From NCBI GenBank assembly GCA_040954595.2, contig CM082577.2:8271846-8335845 (forward strand): a stretch of 64,000 nucleotides of DNA, read 5' to 3'. The position numbers and the translations under genes are program-made. Numbering within the stretch: position 1 is the stretch's first letter; each line of letters opens with the position of its first letter. This document shows, in pieces, positions 56,683 through 64,000 of this stretch. The DNA is from Balanoglossus misakiensis. Its lineage: Eukaryota; Animalia; Hemichordata. The notes below the pieces were generated by a model. That model saw only the letters and a program-made list of their open reading frames with translations. It was not told where the DNA came from and ran no database searches.

Positions 56683-59600
56683 GGCCATATATCACAGTTG
56701 AGAACTGTTACGGGAGTGGATCAGTCAAAATTATTTTGGTGATGTTTAACAGTCGGCCTCACGTTCTATAATGGTAACCTAGACTTCATGAGCTTTAACC
56801 GATAACGCTCGCTGCGTATACCCATCCCCAGGTTAGACCCAGACGTAAAGAAAGGAAGTGTTTTTCTGCTTGTAAAATTTGCGGCACACAAAAAGCTTGC
56901 TTCGAAGTGATTTCCACCCGAGTTAATGCACTCTCCTCTCAAGAAACGCTCTCAGATTGACGGCAAATTCGTTTTACATGTCTTACAATCCGACACAAGA
57001 AAGTAACCAACACAGGCCAGGGGCAAAGAGACGGTTTCCATGGTTTCACTTACGCTTAATCGCTGTTCCAGTTCCCACGTATTTCTTGAGGGCCTTGCTG
57101 GACATTTGAATATCTACAGTCATGTCGTTGTCAGCTGACGGTGCCGGATCGAAGGGATCACCGTTTACGTCGTATGACGTCACTTCAGTGTTGTGCGATG
57201 GCTGTGATGTACTCACTCGGTGAGCATGCTTGGAAGGAAATTACAGATTATAAAAAAAATGGTTGACTCGACGATGTGACTGTGTATCACGAAGAATTGG
57301 ACAAGTGATGAGAATATTGTTGAATATTTGATATCTCTTATGAACTTCTTTTGTGCCGGTCGATTTAATTGTTATGGTCAATCATTCAAAGATTATAATT
57401 TCACCGGCTACAATTTTTCTGAATCGAATATTTTTACAAAAGTAAAAATACATAAACATAAGCATTCAACGTAGCATTTTGCGCTCTTACGAAAGGGCGA
57501 GGTATGTTCCACTGTTAGTGGTAAAACTGAAATCACAAAGGAAAAGGCTCTGACGTCACAACTACATCCGCTAATATATTGTTTGCTTACTATTCTTACA
57601 TCGTCTTCGTCGGTGACACATTTTTTCTCGTGCGATGCTTTGTGGTTTTTGATAATCTCCATGTAGTATCCAATGAACTTTGTTCTTCTGATCACGTGAT
57701 GAGAGACGCAGCAGACGACAACAAAGAATATTGAGATGCAGAAGAAGATGAGGGTGTTGATTTTTTCGTCTCTTAGCAACAGTTTGGTTATTATCCGATT
57801 AATAGAAGTCAACAATCCAGCAGCGCCTGGCGGGGGAAAGATAGGGAAGAATAAGATGTCATGGTTTTGGGCTTACTTTTGACATTTTGGGCTGTCTTGG
57901 TTTTATTTTGCGTATGCATACCGCGTGGGTCCAATCTTACAAAACGTGTTTAAAAGCTACCCTGTAGTATGATTGGTTATTGTAGAGATCATTTGCCAGG
58001 GCAAAAGCACGGAGTCTCGTAACATTTCTGCGTTTGTCGGCTTTCTTCTATTATGGTTTCAGTTATGCAATTTAATGACAAACGTGCCACATTGAAATAA
58101 TAAAGAGTATGTTTTTTTTATTTTTTCGCTCTATGCGCCTGATGTCACATCACACTCCTCGGAGCTTGTTTGTGATCGGGCAGGAAGAATCACGTGGTAT
58201 GACGTCATAACGATAGGGAGACCAGAAATAGCGTTATTTCGGATTGTGAGCGAATATGCAATTTAAATCAAATCATAAAATTGGCATGTTACGTCTTTGA
58301 CTGAGAATAAAGAGCGTCTGCAGTAAATGGAAATTTATAGAGTGAATAGGGCTTTAAGCTGAATTCACGACGACGGGGTCAGAATAAGAATCGGCTTCTG
58401 GGCTTTTATCGAAAGTAATTCCGGTTCAGAATCTGAATATATTATGTCTGCCAAAATTGTGCTGCTATGGAAACAAAGAGAAACCATTTCCTAGCTGCGC
58501 AGGGTTTTGCTACCTCCAAGCAAAACATCATCCTTACAGCCCAGAATAAGAATCGCCATGGAAACTGGACCGTGACCAAGGGGAAAGAAGAAATGCAGTC
58601 AACACAAAGAAGAACTTACTTTCCCCAGTCATGATTCCCTGCGTGTATCTTTTCGGAAGCATACTCGCGTAACCATAGAAACTGGATTGCTGTGCTGGAA
58701 GATACAAAAGGGTTTGGTAATTAAAGGATAATAGTTGTCATGGAAACTAATTTCCTTGTCGGTTCAACTTTTCATAGAATGCAAATGTGGAGCCAAATCC
58801 AGAAACAACAAGCAGACCAGATTTGCCTCTGTGTGTACTTCACATCATCAGAGGGTGTACGCTTTCATCGTGTGTTGATAAACCTTTCAGGTCGTTGAAT
58901 GGGCCAGTAAACAGCTCAAAATTCAAGGCGGTATCATCCACTGTAAAGTTGCACTTACAGACACTTCTAGTCTACACGTGCCTGCAGTATGTGCGCATTA
59001 TATCGCAAATATTCTACAAATCAAATATTTCGTGGTGTTTATAAATTCACCGAAATCACGTGCTCAGACAGAAAACATTCATTTACTGAATTCATACTGA
59101 ATTTATAAATAATCGATGTACTGGTGCGTACGTACCACGTGACGTATTGCTAGGCAACAGCCCCACAGAGAATTTTGACAGTGCATGCTTCCTGTTCTGG
59201 CCACGATACTGTAATTTATAAACGCGCTCAACAAATCAATTTCAAAGTCGTAAACTTTAGAACAATCCCGCACAAAAAGCCCGAAATTAAAAGAAGGGGA
59301 TTTGGAGGACGAATATCCGTTCCCAAGACGTGTTCATCCATCAAATAGCTCTAGATATTAGACATATATTCCCCAGACATATCGTAGTATGTGATTCATC
59401 TCAAGCGGCTTTTCAAAAGTAATTAGTACAATACATAATGATCAGAAATTCATAGACACATGGTATTTAAAAACCTGTTTTGAGTGATTGACTATCGAAT
59501 ATGTCATTGTCAAGTGTTTGAAATAACAAAACAGTGGAATTCTCTCATCATTTTTAAACATTATTGCTTTATTTGATTATGATCACTGACAGACATATTT

Positions 59601-60862
59601 GAGTTAACAAGTCTATTCAATATTTAATGATCAATGTTTCAAATATTAATGCCACCGATGCGAAAGCAGCGACGCCGTCGAATCGAAATTAGATGTGAAG
59701 TTATTCCATCAAAACGCCAAAGCATTAACTCTGAGCTCCCAAGACGCAAATTACGTTTTTTTTTGCTTTTCACTTGAGCTCAGATTTCACTTCACCCGGA
59801 GATAAATAGATGTTTTAGAGACGGTATTGTAAGCTTGATGTTATTCGAGAATTGGCAGACTGGGATGACAGATAGATCGAAGCCAGGGACGTTACAAGAT
59901 ATCAGCATATTGAGATGAGATTTTAAAAAGTAGAAGTCTAAGTGGATTACTGTCACTCTAAAACACAAGTTTGCGAGAAACGGAGATTATTTGCAAGGGC
60001 TGAAACTGACAGCCAAAGAGATCTGTCAATAGTAGGCTTCGTGAAAATAAAATGTAAATATCCATAAAGCTTGGATCTCAAAGGAAATATCCTTTTCGGT
60101 CTCCAGCCATTCCAATGAATAGGCATTTTGTCGATTTTTATCGATATCTACAGTGAGAAATGTCCTTTATTTTTTACTCATTGTCATTTTGTATGATTTT
60201 CTTCTGATGACGACAAATACACCCATTATTCAAAATCATGTTTATTCCGTTGTCTCGCATCAAATACTTGAGCGATATTTAAGTTGAATTATTAACCTAA
60301 TGAAATTAAAACGCAATAAACATCAATATTCGACCGCGCGCTTACCTGTACATCCAAGTGCAACCATGGCAACGGCTATCAGTACCACTATGTAGCTAAG
60401 ATCATGAGAGAACACTTCGAGCCAAATTTCAAATATCGCCACGAAGGTAAGAGCGAAAAAGGCGATGATGTAACCAAACGTTATTCTTGTGTGCAGGCAG
60501 AAGGTTTCCACGAGTATGTTGTTGAGAAGTACGGCCCCAAAAGCAACCAGGATGTAGGTTAGACTCATGTCAAATACTATAGTGCTACCCGGATATTTCA
60601 CATGAAAGTAATCGACGGCTGATATAAAGCTGTTGTAGGGCAACAAAAAACCGATCCCTGATAAAACCATAGCGCAGTATATCAAGTGGTGCTTGTCCTT
60701 CGGTGCCGATCGTGCATGAGCGCGGAAATCGTCGCCATTTTCCTTGTCCTCCCTGTCGCTCGGAGAATCGAGGATGATTCGCCCGCGCTCGCTGCAGTTG
60801 TCGGCACTTTCTTCGTGTACGTCGTCCATGTCGATCCGTTCGTACATTTGATGCGATATCAT
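54967..60862 (-). CDS. SLC29A4: Equilibrative nucleoside transporter 4 (PMAT/ENT4), 7 exons
   Basis: GIGFLLPYNSFISAVDY, IVFDMSLTYILVA, QQSSFYGYASMLPKRYTQGIMTGES, YFVTLCLFPGIE, FNGFDFVGK, GITNGYFGSVPMILA, ELTGNIMTLSY. Exons 60862(or 60847)-60346, 58694-58620, 57826-57591, 57228-57054, 56537-56350, 55978-55738, 55109-54967. Confidence 0.92.
55224..55297 (-). tRNA. tRNA-Thr (anticodon AGT)
   Basis: GGCGCCATGGCTTAGTTGGTTAAAGCGCCTGTCTAGTAAACAGGAGATCCTGGGTTCGAATCCCAGTGGTGCCT folds as a full cloverleaf with A and B boxes and an anticodon loop CTAGTAA. A TTTT Pol III terminator follows. Confidence 0.96.
56597..56682. repeat. (CAT)n microsatellite, about 28 units, in an SLC29A4 intron
   Basis: Directly visible perfect trinucleotide run. 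Confidence 0.97.
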
Positions 60863-61912
60863 CACAGTCTAACTGCATGGAATGTGTGTGTGCGCGTGTG
60901 CGAGTCCAGTGTGTCTCTTCTCAACTAACACCTCCGGGCGACGTTTGTGAAAAGTGATTCTCGTTTCTGGAGAACGAGTACGAGTTCGGAGTCGAACAGC
61001 GCAGGTGCAAAGGGAACTGCAAAGTGATACTGACATCATTACATATACATGCCAATCAGGTGTGAATTTCCACAAGTATGGAATAGGTTACTTACGGAGG
61101 TCGGTCTTTAATTTATGAGTTATTTAACGCCGTTGACACTGGTACGATTACAGTTTAATATTCCGCAGAACAAGATGGCGCCTTGGCTTAAAATTATGAA
61201 TAATGGTCATGATGTATATATCGAGTGCCATCTTGTTCTGGGGATTTATATTAAACAATACATGTCCCAGGGTCATATGAAATATTACTTCCTGTCGCAG
61301 ATAATGCTCGGAAAACGATACGGCTGTCTGTGCGCAATTTACTGATCGCAATCGTAGACAGATCAGCAGACGTCAATAGTTGATGAAAGTCACCTGTTAA
61401 TTGAATCTCCTTCACTGAAATTGTCAGAGCACGATTACAATGTACTTTCAGGCTAGTGACGTGTGTATGTATGTACGTATGTAGGTCTTATAATATGTAT
61501 GTATAGTGTATGCGTACGTGTGTGTGTGTGTACGCACAATACCCATACTTATCACGCATTTGATATTTACGAAAATTCACATCACAAATTGTAAAAAAAA
61601 TCATAATCGGTATATATCTTTGTGACAATAGGCCCTACATGTTTAATACAAGTTGAAGTGTCAGTCCTTTCTTCTCCCCTGACAAGTTCAGGATGTAGCA
61701 TATACATTTTGTAATACTCAAAGAGTACTAGGCAGATAAAACACATATGTAGTTTTATTGACAGAAATCTCATTTTATGTGTTCCAGTGACTTCTCGACG
61801 TTGCGACACCATTTGCCGTTAAAAAGATGAGGGCGCAACGAAACACAAATTTCTTTTTTAAATAATGAAGACTTGGGAGTGACACCCCCGATTTCCGGGT
61901 ACACAAATACTC

Positions 61913-64000
61913 ATGTGGGCCAGAGGACAACTGAGTCGCGCATATCGTAGTCTAAAGTGTTTGTCGTCTGGTGCAAAGACAGGTAAGGTTGGCGTTAGGG
62001 TAAGCTCGCAAGGTAGAGACACTTCTGGCGTGCAAAGGCAAATGACGCAATTGTATCAGTAGTTATTCGATTCCTCCCTGCATGCAGCTCCACAGTCGCT
62101 TGTGGCATGTGCAGCCCCGATCCTCGCGCATCATCACAGATCAGCTGTGGCGGCTGAGATAGAGAACGACTAGTGCATGCCCCGAGTATGGAATTTTGCG
62201 TAGTCATGGTCAGGTACTGTCTATTGAATAGGACTTGTTTGTGAATTGATCTATTGGTAAACATGGTAAGTTGGGCGTGTACCATTATGTTTTAGGGCCG
62301 CCCACCTCTCCCCCAAGTAGCCCTGCCCCGTACTTGGTGAGAAGGCAGTGACTGTCATGCAAGAATGATGTACATGTATTATAAAAGACTATTCTATTGA
62401 GAAATGAGAATGTAAAAATTTTCTAGACTATTGTCAAAACATTGTTCTATTGCGTTGACAGGCCCTGTCAGACCAATACTTGCTGTCAGTTATATTTTGA
62501 AGCAAGAATTCCACTCCAAACCAGCCACTTTCACACAGGTCGACATGAAAATCCGTCTGCTTCCAGCTCTTGATGATAACTACATGTACCTACTGGTTGA
62601 TGAAAAGACTAAGAACGCTGCTATTGTTGATCCCGTGGAACCAGAAAAGGTAAGAGGTCATAGGTAAAAGGTCATCGAAGGTCAACCAAATGAACACCTT
62701 TCCAAAGAGTTTTCATGCTATCAGAGGCATGGATTCTGGTTTTGGGAGCAGGCACAAAGTGGTGATGGTCTGAAATATATTTTGTGGGAATGAGGAGTAA
62801 TATTGTTGTTACTCTCCTGAGATATGTTCACAAAATTAGAAAGATTATTGGCTGTTTCTAAGGTATGAAAGGTATTATCAAACGTTTTCTTGATGGTACA
62901 GGTTGTTAATGCAGTGAAAGAAGAAGGTGTTACCTTGACAACTGTGCTAACAACACACCACCATTGGTAAGTAACCATGACAATAATTTTTCCTAATATT
63001 GGGATCATAAGATGGCTATGATCAACTGTCAAGTGACGACTGGTTTGTTTCACATGAATAAAATCTACAAACTCTCGTTTTGTGTTGGCCATCTCTAGAA
63101 AAAGAAGTATATAGGTAAAACTAAATTCAGTACAATTAGCTGCACAAATATGTCCTATTGCCAGTACATTTACTTTGACATATGATGAAATACTATTTGA
63201 GTACTTGTAACTTAACTGTTATATTTTTTGTTCTAATCAGGGATCATGCTGGTGGTAATGAGAAGCTTGTTACCATGGTGAAGGATCTAAAAGTTTATGG
63301 AGGTGATGACAGGATCGGTGCTTTGAACAACAAAGTAAACCATGGCGATGAGTTCAAGGTGTGGTTCTTTGTAAGGATTTCCCATAATGCAACTGTCTTC
63401 AGTGGTCACATGATATGCTTGATTCAAACTTTCGGTGATTTTTCAACCAACAAGTATAAAGCCTGTTTGTTGTTCTTTTGTCTGACAACAAATGAAGTAT
63501 GTGTATAAATGTGAGGGTTTTTTTCTAGATTGGTGATCTGAATGTGAAGTGCTTATCAACTCCATGCCACACGTCAGGACACATTTGTTACTTCGTGACT
63601 GGTGACCCCGATCAAGATCCGCTGGTCTTTACAGGTAGGTACTTTGAAACTTGCCACTGAGATAAGGCTAACCAAACACAACCTGTCTATGAATTTATAC
63701 ATTACACACTTGGCAACGTCCATATTCAGGAAATGTACACTCTGTACCAGAAACCCATATTTCTATGAAATTTTGGTTGGTCATATACCCTTTGTTGGAA
63801 AAGGACACAACAAACTACTGCAAAACAGCATTCAACAAAAGGTTGTAGTGTACAGCCCCGGCTTAACTGCCATAGGTATGAAATTCTTGTGTGTTAAGAA
63901 TTATTGTGATGTGGTTGTTTATTTCAGGCGATACACTGTTTGTTGGTGGATGTGGTAAATTCTTTGAGGGAACTCCACAGCAGATGTACAAGGCTCTAGT
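61913..64000 (+). CDS. HAGH: Hydroxyacylglutathione hydrolase (glyoxalase II), 3'-partial, with a mitochondrial transit exon
   Basis: Exon 1 (61913-61982) is [23 protein letters not shown]. Exon 2 (62462-62649) has an internal [29 protein letters not shown]|DHAGGN metallo-beta-lactamase motif, [28 protein letters not shown]. Confidence 0.95.

Noticed and set aside
56363-56771. Poly-Met and poly-Ile ORFs
   Set aside because: Artefacts of the intronic (CAT)n repeat.

Overview
Intron-rich, AT-rich animal genomic DNA, probably from an invertebrate deuterostome (inference from gene structure and protein similarity). All gene models were built by hand from GT-AG sites and reading frames, so exon edges may be off by a few bases. 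Left to right: exon 1 of an adhesion-GPCR paralogue that runs off the left edge; a complete 13-exon adhesion GPCR (-); an orphan 4-exon coiled-coil gene (+); GET4 (-) head-to-head with DPH7 (+); flightless-I/FLII (-); NUBP2 (-); RPS2 (-); an ankyrin/SOCS-box gene with an intronless CDS (-); a two-Ig-domain surface protein (-); SLC29A4/ENT4 (-) with a tRNA-Thr(AGT) in its last intron; and HAGH/glyoxalase II (+, runs off the right edge). Several MITE families and microsatellites are present. The best leads are a duplicated, probably alternatively spliced FLII exon behind a ~186-nt AG-free pyrimidine tract, a degenerate UBAN-like motif in the orphan protein, an adhesion-GPCR pair sharing an unrecognised N-terminal motif (the complete copy has an apparently non-cleavable GPS), a candidate FLII microexon, and a strand-specific hairpin just after the DPH7 stop. 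I found no clear multi-gene novel system; these leads are hypotheses to test.
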